From Botryllus schlosseri (taxonomy: Eukaryota): a DNA stretch of 60,000 nt. Positions 27,101 to 42,100 of the stretch are shown piece after piece. The stretch's first letter is position 1, and the number at the start of each line of letters is the position of its first letter. The notes below the pieces were generated by a model that had not been told where the DNA came from, made no database searches, and saw only the letters and a program-made list of their open reading frames with translations. The stretch covers positions 31,498,001 through 31,558,000 of the forward strand of contig CM119371.1 in assembly GCA_051294905.1 (NCBI GenBank). Direction: 5' to 3'. Both the position numbers and the translations under genes were made by a program.

Positions 27101-30100
27101 GTTCAAGCATATCAATGGCTGTAAAGTTGTTGAAATAAATGCTCTGAGGTGTTAAATATGGGCCTTGAGCTAGATTCCACATCTTTTGAATATCGGCTGA
27201 ATATATCGGGGTTATCGGTGGAGGTACTGGATATCGGTCTTATCGGTATCGGCTCTGAAATCCAATATCGGTCGGGCTCTACTAATGACTATGAACTCGT
27301 AGGCATGACCCTAAGCCGTTTTCCAAGCATCTCGGTCTTGGCAGTGTCCGAGCCATCACACGTCAACGAAATGTGCTTATTCTTATCAGCTGACTCTCCA
27401 TGGAATGCTGTTGCCATCGCCGAAGCCATATGTCAGCTAGTAAGGAATAGTGTTGTTGGGCACAGCAGGGCCGTAACAGCACTTCGTCAGCCCCCCAAAA
27501 AACTTCGGTCTTGGGCCCCCCATAGGGTTATAGATCGAACTTCTGGGGGGCTTCGCCACCCAGACCCCCCTCCGGCGATACCCTGCTGACCGCTATTTAC
27601 CATTTTCGTTGGGACTTTGTTTAGTTAATCAGCTTTTGTCGCATAAGCGCGCGAAGAGCGGGGATTTTCTAGAATTCATGACTGCATCGGTCAGTATGAT
27701 CGGGAATTGCTGTTATCAATTTTTATCTTCTCTCTGCTCACGTAATCAGATTTACCGGTAGAGCTGAGTGAGGTGTGTTTGAAAAGGTAGGACCACTCAA
27801 TAATAATTAAACATCTTTGGGCGTATACCCGTTGGCAGGAACGAAACAGCACCTCGTCAGGCCCCCAAAAACGTGGGTCTTGGGCTCCCATAGGGTGATG
27901 AAACGACCTCTCCATCACGTTGTTCGCGTTTGTCACGAAATCATCTGTACTGTATCATGAGCCAGCGCGAAGCGCGAAAATATTCGATAATTTATGATAA
28001 AATCGGTCAATCAGATCGGCGATTGCATATATATCATGCTATCAATTTATTGTCCTCTCTTATCACGTAATTAGATTTACCGGTAGAGCTGAGTGAAGTT
28101 TCTTGAAAACGGGAGGGCCCGTGAATAATAATTAAACATCTACGGGCGGGCGGACCCGTTGATATGACTTCGTAACATGATGTTATTTCGTGACTTCCAG
28201 TCTGCTATATCGAAAAATATAGAATCGCCCTAACGAAGGCTTCTAAACTAAGAGACGTACACGATTTCAAATTGGTATTTCTTCACTGGCATAAATTTTT
28301 TTCCAGCGGGATGGTATTTGTCTTGTGAGGTTCAGATTGCAAAGACAGAAACATTCGGCGCCAGTCATTTAGGCGCCTATGGACAATCAAACCTATATGT
28401 ATTTTGTATATACAACGAAGTCTTCGGTCAGCATAAGGACATATACCTTTTCAGCCAAGGTTTTCTCGCTGCCGATCGTTCTGGCACACTTCTTGGAGTC
28501 GCATGTTATATGGCCTAAAACTTGATTGTATGTCTTGGTGGGTCGTGGCGCGGTAAGGTACCTATACCCAATAATAAAGATAAATGGCTACCTAAATTCG
28601 CGCGCAGTGCGAAAAAATTTTGAAAAAATTGCATAAATTTTCAAAAAATACTCTTTGATTTATGCTAATTCACGAAATAATTTTGGGCCCCCTTCGAGCC
28701 CGGGCCCCCCCCCCAATTGGGGGGTTTGGGGTGCGGCAGTTACGGTGCTGGGGCACAGGCAAATAGTTTTTTTTTTTGAAACAACAACAATAATTTGAAA
28801 CTGAAATCAATTTCATAATTTCAAACTGATTTATTTCGAATTGCTCTAGAATCCCAAATCAGATATCCGGCTGCAAAATATGACCTCGTGTTGATGACCT
28901 CTTGTACAGAACAAAACGAGCCAAGCTTGGTGTACAGGCGTTAATCATCCATAACCTTTGTCATGGTTATGGGAATGTACTGTGATGAGATATGAACTGG
29001 TCGTTTGGCTGTATTTATTTCTCATTTGTAATGTCATTCAATTTCCAGGTTTTCGCGAATTCAGTAATTGTAATTCTAATTCTAATCTAATTTGGAAAAG
29101 TGGGTAGCTCTAATTCTAATTCTAATCTAATTTTGAAAAATATGTGTAGCTCTAATTCTAATCTAATTTGGAACACATCGTTTAGCTCTAATTCTAATTA
29201 TAATCTGATTTGCGAAAAGTTGTGTAGCTCTAATTTTAATTATAATCTAATTCGGAAAAGATGAAAAGTTTCTAGTTGTCCAAGTCTGATTTTAAAGCTA
29301 TTCTGGAATATCGGTTATGTATAGTACAAGAGAAAACGGAATTGTGCAAACAAACACCCGAACAAATCATCTCTAAACAGCAATAGATTTGCATCAATTA
29401 ATAGGCTTATGGCAATTCGGAATTACAATGAGTTTGAGAATATTTCATCTTAGACGGCCATTCTGTTTGTGTAAGTTTTGAAGTTTTGGCAATTATGGAG
29501 CGAAACTATCTCGTGATTTCTCTAATTAAAAAAAAAAGTTATCATTCATTTTGCAAATCTGGAGGTTTCACGGACCCCCTTGAAAGGCTTAGTGGAGCCC
29601 CAGTTCAGAAACACTGCACTAGACAACATATTATATTCGGCTGTAAATGAACTTTTTAAGGTGATTGCAAAGTACTCAATTCTCACACCTAAGTATAGAA
29701 GTACAAGTAATTTCGTAAATTGCCACTCAATCAGGCATGTAGAATTCATGATTTCAAGACATGTCCGGGAGGAAAGAAGAAACTTACAGAATAGGGACAG
29801 TTGGGTAATATACGCTGTTAATTGAAGGTGGCTATACTATTGAAACTAGAAGATGCATCTCTGCGATCATCGCAAAATAAATAAGGACACTATATAAATA
29901 GATGCAATCACAGGAAATATAGATGCAGGTGCGATTTCGTCCACTTTTTGTGGCAGTTTCGATCATTAATGTCATGCAAACTAGTCGAATAGCTACTGTT
30001 TACTTTGTGACATCCAAGAGGTAAAAGTATATTAAGGTGCGCTTCAAATACTGCTAAATACAAGTAGGCACGCATATAACCACTCGGTCGAGTAGTTGAG

Positions 30101-33100
30101 GTACCCGAACTCTACTGCAGTACTCCCAAAACGTGGAAGGACTTAAGTACTTGGCACATATGAGTCTGCATATCATTTGAAAACCGGAACTTATCACACT
30201 TATCAAAATGTGCAACACGGACACTTACCTTCACACTGTAATATTTCGGCAGTTTCGATGGTGACCATGCAGATATTTGCTGGATACTCGGGATATCTTC
30301 GTTGACTACGACAGGCAGTGAAATTGGTTTGAGGAACTATGGAGTTGTTGCGATACAGCTCGTCCGATCCATCACTTAACACATATCAACAATATTATTA
30401 CGGAACCTATATCTGTGACAAAGTAACTATATCTTATATCGTGCGAATGCGTAATCATTCTCCAGAGCAATTCGGGAGCGATTTTTTTTGTATATCAGAT
30501 ATGCATGCATATATGCTAAAGTCACGAGACCTGGTTTCTCCAGCACACGGGGCATCATCGATACCTGCATTAACGTCTGTGATTTAGTTTGAAAATTCTG
30601 AAACCACTGTGAACAAGCAAACCGATTGAATTTCTTCATCCCGGATCCAAGTTGTACTGGTCTTTATTATTAACCAGTACGACATCATATTACTTTGGAA
30701 AATCAATGAGGGAGCCCGACACAGTATGGCAGTGTTGTAGGGTTACCATATTTTGATATCCCAAAATGAGCAAACTTCTGAATCCTCCAGCACCGCACAA
30801 GAAAACCGGCGAATTCGAAATAAATTCGACCAATATTACTGTGTAGACTAAAAAAAATGGTTAATCATTTTAACTCGACTCCCCATTTACCCGATTTTAT
30901 TTTACAAAACTCTGACGTTCGCTGCGTTTGGGTGGTGTGATTAGTCGTATTTTACTCCTTTTTATAGAAAAAGAGGACAAATTCTCAAAGAAGAGGACAT
31001 CTAGGCGTCCTCCGAGGACACTTTCAAATCATTGAATACACATCTTCTTTAAATTAGAGTATGGTAATTGGTAACCCTACGGCGTTGGGATGATTTTACT
31101 ACCTTTGAGTCAGAGCACATTCTTTCTCGAATGAATTTATAGTCAGTTCAAAATGTTTCAAGTGACGCCAATTTTCTCAGATACTCCAATTAGGTTTTCT
31201 GAAATTTTCCGATTTTAGCTCAATTTCAAGTCATCATCATTTTTTTTAGTTTTATCGTACAACTTTATTGCGCTGATTCATATACACCAGGGGCGGGCAT
31301 CATACGGCCCGCGGGCCGGATCCGGCCCGTGGACAGTTTCCCGTTTTAGTTGATAATGTGGCCCGCCGGCCGGTGTTCGGTCAATACCGAGAAAATCATT
31401 ACCGAGAATGAACATAAAAGAGAATGGACATTACCGAGAATGCCAAGTATGCAATGCAGGCATGTTATGCATATATACAGGGCGTGTGCATGTGCATGAC
31501 GGCTTTGCCACATTCGTTGTCGATTCTCAGATATAAATTTCTCGACAACGCGTTCTCAATAAGTTAGATTCTTGGCCTTGGCCGTTCTCGGTAATGTCCA
31601 TTCTCGGTAATGGTTTTCTCGGTATTGGTATAGAACCGTAAATGCCGATAATGCAAGTCTTCTCGTCTGCTTACTTACACGTAAGCTCCACTCTCGCACG
31701 CTGCGCACAGACGCAAATAATAACATACAGTCACTAAAATTTGTCGTAGTAAGCCAGTAGTGCGGAATCTCGGCAGACTAGGGCCGCGGGTGTTCTATAC
31801 CAATATCGAGAGAACCACTACCGAGAATGGACATTACCGAGAATGCATGCGAGAGTGGAGCTTACGCGTAAGTTCGTAAAAGCGAGAAGACTTGCATTAT
31901 CGGCATTTACGATGTACTCAACCCTAATGAATTGATTTCTTGGTAAATTTGGGGTACCGGGCTTATCGAACGACTTGAAATCTTAAAATTAGGGATTGCA
32001 CCATGTGTTGATTGATCAGAGAGAAGCAGACATGGCAGCGCCTGTATGACAATGGTGTTCTCAAATCCACGTTGTCTTCGTCATTAACGGCAAGAAAGGG
32101 CTTTTAAATGATATTGCTGTCGTTACAATACATTCATTACATGCGATTTATTTCTTGTACATGTGGATAAATGAGTTGATAATGTATCGATTCAGCAATC
32201 CGGCCCGCCAAGTACTTGGTATTCCTACATCCGGCCCGCCGACTGGAGAAGTTGCCCGCCCCTGATATACACAATAGGTTATAGGCAGGATAACAACGGA
32301 TTATTTATACTACCGAACCAATCTTATCAGTAAACATGGTTACTAATGTAAATCGATGAGATTGTATTCATCAAATTGCTCCATTCAAAATACTATCGGA
32401 GCCAGAATTTAATTTATCGTGAGCGACATGTACAGAGGTGGTCAAAGTATAGTCAAGAAAGCTACTCTAGTAGAAGTAGAAATAGAAGTTACGACGAAAA
32501 AATCTACTAAGTACGAATAGAAGTACATCTTCCATACGCAACCTAAAACTGCTTGTAGTAGAAGTAGAATTGACAGACTTTAAATCTACCCAAGTAAGTG
32601 AGTAGTTGTGCAAACGATCGTAATTCGTTCGCATAGATTGTCCAAAGGTGCAAATTGAACTATGCAAAAGGTGCCGAGCTTGATTCAAATTGATGCCTAT
32701 ACCAGATGGTATTCTATTTTCGATAGCATAAGCATTCGTCCGCATCATGGGATGAAAATGACAGTATTGATATGGAAATGCGATACTAATCCTCTGTTTA
32801 ATCGAACAGCACGTTTCAGAAAATATCATGGTATCGCGCACTACCCCATATTATAAGGCACGCAGTTTTGTCGAAGAGCAATACGGATAAGTTGCATAGG
32901 ATATGGTGTAAGCACTTTTCGCGATTAGTAAACATTAGTAAAAAATATGGTGGATCGTAAAAATACCATATTGTGTAGCTTTATTTCCGTATATTAAAGA
33001 CATTAATACACTTACCTTTATACTTCAACATGTATGTTATCCAGACAAAAGAACTGATATTAATTAGAACTCAAAGTATGGGATACTGGGAATTAAAAGT

Positions 33101-36100
33101 GAATTATAAATACTACTTCTAAAAGCGGAAAATGTTTTTCATGTCTTTAGTCCAGGCAGTTTCAAAGATTGTATGCTAAAACAGCTCCAAAACTAAAAAA
33201 AGTCAATTTTTCCAGATTAGGAAACACCATATACTGCTAGATTACGATATGATAAGTAAATGTTACATCGCGAAACATCAGTTTCAAACGTTATGATGAG
33301 CCGCATATACTGTGATGAGAGATTTCATATGGGCGAAGGGCAACAATGCAGTGTGAACAGAACCACGCCAACTCACTACCAAAATTATATTCACCGATAC
33401 TTCCGTGAAATCATACTGGTTACTCCGTCAACTGAGCGCGAAACGCGACGAAAATTCTTGGCTTTACTCAACTTTTATGAAAATTAAATGTTGATACTCC
33501 GTGAAAACTGCCCCGCAACTCCTCAGGCTATCTTCCTGATTGGTAAATTAGACTACTTCTACTTGAGAAACTGAAAATAGCGAATAGCGAATAGCGGTAG
33601 ATCACAAAATATTACGAAGTAGAAGTAGAAGAAGCGAAAATCAGATCTACTTGAGTAAGTACCAGAAGTAGAGAGAAACTACTAGAGTACTTCGAAAAAG
33701 TAGAAGTACTTCATTACTGACCACTTCTGGTCACGTATCGACTGAAATGATGCGTGAGGGCCTATAAGACGTTAGGCTATGAAGACAGGACCGATTTCGT
33801 ATTTGTGTAGTGTGGACGCAAGCTACTGTTTCATGGTGGAATACTTACCAAAGTCCCTCGAAAGAAAAAACAAGCTATAGTTAGCAGACGCCTAACCAAA
33901 GATACCTACGCTTTATTGTAATACCAACGCCATTATGGCGGCAGTCTAGACCAAGCTTTGTTTTGTCTATGCGGTCGCTACTGATCGAGTTAACCATACA
34001 GGAAACGGCAATTGATTTCATTACCTATAGAATTAATATTGATCACGTTGTTTTTCGGAATAGAATAGTTGATGACTTGTAAATTGACTCGAACATTCCT
34101 GCGGAGTCAGGAGTACGGATGGTGTGCACCCCTGAAAGGTTCTGATTCATGCGAACTTTTTTGCAAGGTTCTGTGTGAACGTGAACGCGAACCTCTGACA
34201 TAATGTGACGTCACACAACGAAAATCTGCATATTCTGAGCTCACTTTCGGCAAATAATTGTTGAAGTTGGCACGGTGCATGCTCTTTTATTCCTGATTTT
34301 CTTTTCAGGTTGCCAGCGCCTTCCTAAGAGTGGCCCGAAGTTAAAAAGAAAAGAATTTCAATCTAAGGCACGTTAAAACGAGGTGAAATATTGTAATACA
34401 TGAAAAGGTTCTTATGCATAACCCACAAATGTTTGTTTTTGTACGCGACCCTCCATATTGCTGCTGTTCGCACACAGAACGCGAACGTGAACTTCACTTT
34501 CACACCATCCGTAGTCAGGAGTCAATACATACTTTACGTCGAGCCCAGTAAATTTAGTTCGTTTTATGGCAGTCACTCGAGATAACTCATGCTATTCAGA
34601 AAACACGTTACTCGAGGCATCCACACACTGCAATAGTATGAATCTGAAATTCCTCCAGCTAGTTTATACCGTATCCGCTATGCAACTCGGTCTGGATACG
34701 CACTTGCATTGTGTAGTCCCGTCGCAAAACATTTCCCTTGGTAAACATTGTGAACCATCTAAGCACGAGAATTCCCATCGGTTGCAGGTAGAACCTATGA
34801 AATGTTTTTATAGGCGGTCATTACATAGGATCAACCCATAGAACTAGTATGGTACTATCTTGTGTTCAGTGCTTCCCAAGATATTTTGCCGCGACCCGAA
34901 GTCGAATGACCTGAAGATACTTTGTAGGTAATTCGGATTTCGGTAATTGCTCCCCCATTAAACATACAAAATCGCTCATTTAATCTAAATCGTTACCCTG
35001 GTGGTTGGCTAGTCATATATAAGCATTATTATCAGACGCGAGACTTAACCACCACTTCATTTGCGTGTAAAGCAGCCAGATATAAAATATGATGTGTCTA
35101 TAATTAGAAGACGAGGGAAACAAAATTCGTAAAATATAAGAGTCACCTACTCGACTCGAAATATACATCTACGTGTATTATGAAATAGGGTCATTACGAA
35201 GGCAGTGACGGGCCGACCCTTGTTATAGTTTAAATCAGTCACATGAATACAAATAGGCTATTTGCATATGGGCTATAAGGCATTATGTGGTGATTGTATA
35301 TATTCTCTCTATTATCATATTCAGGAAGGAAGGCGAATTTATTATACTGACATGAATATGGAATTTTCATTTCATTCACCTCGAACTATTCACAGTATGT
35401 TGGTGTGTAGATAGTAAAGGCGAATATCCTGTTCACATCGTCTCGCAAGTTGCAGATATATTCATATATGTATCGTCGTTGGCCTATCCGCTCACCGGAA
35501 CACAGCTCTTTCTCATAAGGCTGGAGACTTGGTTCTAGTACGCAAATCCATCTTATGTACATTTCTAGCTCAGCCATGTACTGAAGTTGTCCTTTTCCAT
35601 GACAAAACTTGATATCTGGATCATAACTAATGTTGTTGTATCTCAACGGCGGCTCGTCAGATTTGTCTCTGAATCAACATGGTGCATTTCGTTGATGATG
35701 CTTATATTACCTGCAGTACTTTGGAAACACAAATCGGACATCATAATCCATGTACCTAATAGGATACCTATAACAACACAATAGCGCAGCATATTTTCAG
35801 TGACGTGATTGCACAGTAACCAATTAAAATGCCGTGTTCTTCATAACGTCGTACGGAATTCACCCCCACACCTCTTTCAATCATAAATTATTTTAGACCT
35901 TTTTTTTACTATAGTTTAATATAGCTGGACATGTCTTTATCGCCACTCTAAAAGCCTCAGTTTGTAAATGAAGAAGTAAATCCGTATTTCAGGAGCGACA
36001 TAGTAGTTTTTATCTACTTGCAGTATATACTCAAGTAGTTTTGATTGTGTACTACTTCTACTTCACCAGTTTTGATACGGAAAAATCGATTTTGGACACC

Positions 36101-39100
36101 GAATTGTCGGTAGTTAAAAGTAGTTTTGCGATGCACTTCAATCAAATTGATTAGAGGATAACTGGACAAACGGGTATAGACCCAGATATAGGCTAAAACC
36201 TTATGAGGTCAAAACGCATTGGAGTTTATCGCTTCAGTTCAGTATAGGTTCCACGAGCCAGTCTTAGGGGGTTGCGTGAAAGTCAAGACACACTCAACTA
36301 ATACGTAAGGATTGTCATGATCAGGGCGATTTTTGGACAGGTCAAAATTGTAGCGTTAAGTTAAAAAATTGCTAAAATTGTTTACAAAATCGTTGAAAGT
36401 TAATATTATTTTGCAACCTGAATTTCGTTTGTATCCTAGATGCTTCCACTGTCGACGAACCATAGCCTTTATACAGGCTATGAACTTATAATTTGACATT
36501 TTACAACTTGTAGCGTGCTTTCTAGGCCCACCGGCAGACGGTCCATCACATTGAGCAGACGGCCCATTGTCTGCTCATTGTCATTCAGAAACAGTCAAAT
36601 GAAACAAATAGCTTGACATGGTGTTATGCTCAACGTACCGCAATATCCTAACTGAAGCAAGACTGAATGGGTATTATGGTTCTTATATCAAGAAGCGCAT
36701 AATGAAAAATAGTAATGTAGGCTAGATAACATTGTCAGAATGAAGCGACACGCTGTGTAACCAGCAGTATACGTATAACTTCAGTGTTGCCAGCCAACAA
36801 CTGCTGCTGTTGAACGTACTTTTTCCAATCTTGACAAGCTACTTTGTAAGGGCAGACACTTTCTACTCAAGAGTGTAGGAATGTATTTTACGTTGTACTA
36901 CAACGTATTTTAATTATTTCTACTACCACTATAATGCGTGATGTAACTACTGGAATTCTTTATAGGTAGAGATTTCGTTAAAATAAAGTTTTTTTCCTGT
37001 AACAATTTGTCAGTTTTTAGGTCAAAAAGTTTCTTCAGGCCAAACTACTTCGTGAGGACAGACCGTTCCAATTAGAAATGAAGATAATTAGTACAATTCT
37101 AACATTATGTGCGAAAACACCGAAGTTACATACCTGAGGTCATAATTAAGTTTTTTAAGGTTAAAAATGTCAAAATTTAGATTTTTAGATCAAAATCTTC
37201 TGCTTTTTTATCGAAAAATAATCACCGCGATCATGATACACCCGTCAGGCCCTTCATTGAGTGCAAGCAAGTGGGCACGATGGGTATTCTAATTTTTACT
37301 GTTGTGGTGTGCAGAGACGTACGCAGGAGAGCTTGGGGTGAAAGCCTTTGAAATGCCAATGAAAGCCTGTGAAATGCCAATTTTATCGCCAATATTTATC
37401 TGCTCATTTGCAACTAAGAATTCGCCATCTTCACGCATTCCAAGGTGAATCCTCGCATGTTTGACCTGTAATCTGCACAGACACAGCCAGTGATGGTCCT
37501 GCGATTGGGGATCCCTGGGCGAAACTACCGGATGTAAAGGAGGGGCAAAAAAGAGAAGGTCTCCAAAACTATGTGCATACTAGGTGAGTGCATGGTGTGA
37601 TACCACTACCGTGAATTTGCAAGGCTTCTAGGCAGTTTAATTGAAGGAGTGCTGGGCCGGAAAAATCGGGGGAATAAACCAATACGATTTCAAAAAAACA
37701 TTCATAAGCTTTTCAGCTCATCGCAAAATCAATACAAAACAACCGATGCAATGATTTAATGATCGACCACTCTTATGATACCATATTCTACATTGGTGCA
37801 TGTACTTTCATGGTTATTTGCAAAATGATAACTAGTCATTGCCTAAATATAAGAGTGAGAGAGGGGGCTTAAGCTAATGACAAAAGCGCATGAAGTGAGA
37901 AGTGCAACTTTTCCTTCTAGCAGATGCAGAAGTTTGATCATCCAGTACCATCTTCTACACGGGTCAAGGATCAATGATCATTGATGGAAAATTGAACTCC
38001 ATAAGAAACTGAAAATAAAGCTATATTGTTGACATTTTCGCCCACTTATGGCCATTTTGCATTTTTTCGGTCCCGAATCGCTACGTTTGATTATTATCGC
38101 CCCACCTTCTCGCCAAATTTCCATTAGTGGTGAAATTGTCAAATTTTGACAAACGCATACCCGCAATCAGCCTTTCTGTCGCAAAATACTTCGTTTTTCA
38201 CACACCCCGATCCATCCAAACATGCAAAATTGGTTTTCGAGCATTGCTTACCTGGAATATAATTCAAATACACTGCCTTATTAAGATAGACTGCTTGAAT
38301 GTAAGGCAATGTAGTACGGATTAATCCATCACTTGAATACCAACCGAACACGGTGCTTATCATTTAAATCATGTTATCCAATCATACATACATGACCCGA
38401 CCACTATTAGGTAATATAATTGTATAGGCAGTGGTTTCTATCACGGATGTATAGCACTACTGGAAGGCTTCGTCCATGAATTGTGTCATTGGCGTCATTC
38501 ACAAGTAAGACTATTTTCGCACACTAACTTTATATCAATGACGTGCGGTGAGGTTCGTGGCTACTATTTATAAAACGGCTAGAAAATATTGGTTTTTTTG
38601 TTGTTATCGACTCTGTTATGTATGACATCATCTTGAATTCGGGCTAATTTGTAATTACTGACTGTTTTCATGATTTACAGAATCATGCTGGCGATATTTA
38701 CCATTGACAGGGGTTTCCTCGTTGTCTATATATCGCCCCAAGGTTAAGGACTGAGAAGGTGATCCACCATTAATGAGATGTAAAGCTTACCTATCAGGAA
38801 CGGTACAAGAGGGTAATAGTCATGATCGATAATAATATTCTAATTTTCGAAAAACCTGAAGACTTCGAGACAAACTGCAGGTTTATATATAGACCTACGT
38901 ATGTATAGGCCCATAAGAAGTGAGCAATCCCGGAGTTCTATATATCCTTGGTTTCAATGAGCCGATCCTTTTTACTACAAACCCATAATAGTGGACTAGG
39001 GCAGTGGTTCTCAACCGTGGATCCGCGAAGCATTTTCAGTAGGCCTGAAACGCCTCAAAATTTACAAAATAGTTGATAACCGAATTTGTATTTTTTTAAT

Positions 39101-42100
39101 TAGGAAAATTACGAGGTGGTTTGGCTTCGTTACTAGTAAAACTCCAGAGCTCATATCAACAAAATGGCCGTCGTAGATGAAATATCCTACTGTGTGCACT
39201 GCACACACACTCATTCTAATTGCTAAATTACGAATAGCCTACTTTGATTTTATATGTTTTGCTGGAGAGTGAGGAAAAAAAAAGTTGGATGAGTAAGGTC
39301 AAGCACGGTGAACTCAAAATATTTACAAAAATCCATTTTCTCCTGTGATACACATGAACATTTTCCATAATAACTTCAAGATAAGCTGCTAGATAGAAAT
39401 GACCAGGCTTGACCTTTCATGTTCATTAAAAGAAGTTGTTAGTCAATTTTGTAGCCATATTTGTTTCGATCATACCAAAAATGTGTCGTCGGCAGCGTTA
39501 CTCGTTAATATTACATTCTCCGCCACCAATATTTGTGGAAATTAGATTTTCGGCACTCGTTCATATCAAATCGAAGGCGCGGATTTTCCAGACACAATCA
39601 CGTATTTCAAAAAATGCAGTTGCAAAATTTGCTTGGAAATAATAAAACTCAACCCAGATTCTACATAATTAGTATAATGTTATTTTCAAGAAAAGTCATT
39701 TTGTTGCTGTTTATCCCTAGCCTATTGTTATCATTTGCACATACAGATGACGATTGCACGATTATTGAGCTAAATTTGAACTAAAACTTAGGGGGTCCGT
39801 GACGGTCCAAAAGTGGTCCGCGAAGACAATAAGGTTGAGAACCACTGGCCTAGGGGCAGCATGCTACAATACAGTCATAGACAACTTGTCGACCGTGATA
39901 TGAAGTTAGTGGCGAAAACCTGAGATAGAAATACAACAAAATGAGTGATCTCATACTTTCGCAGAATCCTTCTTTATCTTGTAGAAACTGAGTTGTGACT
40001 TCGCAATATCTGTTTTCTTTCCGGCATATGGTGACATCTGAGTGGTTTGAAATGCCGCTGTCGCGATATAACTCGTCCGAACCGTCTCTGAACGGTAATG
40101 AGTTGGACAATAATCCTAAGTAATTCTGGTCAGTCACGTCGTAACCAGAACCACATTCGTGGTTTTCAAATCTCTATGATTAATTTGAAAATAAAATTTC
40201 GTGATTACTGCAAAGTAGAAGTTGTATTATTTACCATAGGTGAATGCCAAGCTATTAATGAGCCAATCAGCCAATTCGTCGCAATCAGAACTACCTCTTT
40301 GTCAGCAAAAATGCCCGCATTGGTATTAGCCATATACTGTGACGATTTCAGGCATGAAATAGAGAGAGAGAGAGGGAGAGGGGAGTGAAACAGAGAAAGA
40401 AAGAGTGGATAAGAGTATATATAACTAATATAGGGATGCCACTCGATTTCCACGTTTGATGTTTCATCGTTATATTGGTTTACCCTGTGATCTTTTTAGA
40501 TCAAGGGGAAGTGCGACATCTAACTAATGATTAGATGAGCGCTCACGACGCTCCGACTGCATCATCGGTGATCATGCGATGGAAAGAACACGCACGCGAT
40601 CGCGATGTGACTGGTTGTGCGGTTTTACGTTTTTAAATGCAATAAGCTATACTACAGGACTCACTGACAGTTCTTCATCCCGTCGCAAAAGAAAGACTTT
40701 GGCACGCACTGCGATCCGTCCGCACATGGAAATTCGTGGTATCTACACGCCGAACCTTGATAAATATACACAACGTTGACAAATGAACCCTTCTGCGGCG
40801 TTGCACCGAGTGCAAACACACTATGCATGTCTCCTGTCGACAATGCAGTGTGAACATCTATTGCTTTCATTTACTCCAACGTTTGTGGGTAATTCCACAA
40901 CACGAACAAGACCTTAAAGTCCATTACGCGAGTAGTGTATCATGCAAATGCATAGAATGGATAACATCGCGAGTTACAACCGACAACATACGAGCAGGAT
41001 CTTACCATCGCTCATCAGAATTTGTGTATGGAATCAATACCTTAAAAGAATGAAGTCTATTGCTTTCATTCTCTTATTCGTGTTTTCGAAACATCCACTA
41101 TGTATATCATCTCTAATTCCAAGCCTTGTCAACTGATTTGCACATATCGTGAAGGCGCGTTACAAATCGATATTGGACACAGCCCCCTTCCAACAGGATT
41201 ACCATGCGTCCTCTATTAGGAGGATTTGTCCTCTTTTTTCAGGCTTTTAAAAATGTCCTCCGAGGACACCTGAATGTCCTCCTTTTGGCAATTCGTCCTC
41301 CTTTAAAGCTTTTACAGCTAGGATAATTGATAAATTCGAGTGAAATGGGCATAAACGACATTCAATAGTAAACCCGTGGTTCGATCGAAAGCCACGACCT
41401 TTTTTAGTCAACACCACTAATTTTAAGTAAAAATCGTATAAATCGGGAGTCAAACGAAAGTGATGACCTTTTTTTCTTTAATTTTTAGTCAACCCATCAA
41501 ATTTTTCAGCCGAATTAGCGAAGTCGGCTGATTTCAGTTTTGATCAACCAACTTTTCAGATTTGGTAAAAGTGTCCTGCTTTTCCGATTCGAAGATATGG
41601 TAACCCTACCTTATAATTGCCCGAAATCTAAAACGCAACATATCGAGATATCGCACATCATTCATGCACTGTGGCACTTCAGACTCACCATCGCAAAGCT
41701 CATCCTCTTGTGCACGCAGTTGAGATGGCAATACGCATATTCTAGGAGTGAATGAATCCTTTCTTCCACGGCATACAGTCGTATTACTACTGTGGTTTGT
41801 TTTGACAGTCCAATAAGGCTCGTCCGATTCATCCCTGTTGAGGAAAATCATTTTCCTTTTCGTCACTATGATGTATTGTATTAAGCTACTTCGAGGATTT
41901 GCAACGGCCTAGTGCGATATGTGATGGGATGGAATGGGATGAGGTGATGAAAAGCGAGAAAATAACAGCGAGAAAGCGACTGCCGGCTGCCGAAAGATCA
42001 AGATCGAACATTAAGTAATAAATATAAAGACCACATAAAAGACGTGTATGAGGCCTGCGATGTAGTGGAATTACCATAATACTTAGGGAAGGTGCGAGCC

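Larger units (their letters stand above)
24690..29288. mobile_element. Nest level 2: hAT element with (TCTAAT)n subterminal repeats and hATC remnant
   Basis: TIR CAGACTTGGA.AACTAGAAA; TSD atcttcaa/attttaaa; DVLSYWERETRFPRLKTAAARELV at ~25200-25280. Confidence 0.8.
24199..29616. mobile_element. Nest level 1: CAGTGGTTC-family hAT MITE expanded by nested insertions
   Basis: CAGTGGTTC... / ...GAAACACTG; perfect TSD cactagac. Confidence 0.85.

Noticed and set aside
27149..27589. 146-aa plus-strand ORF
   Set aside because: Spans junctions of three different nested transposons; chance open frame
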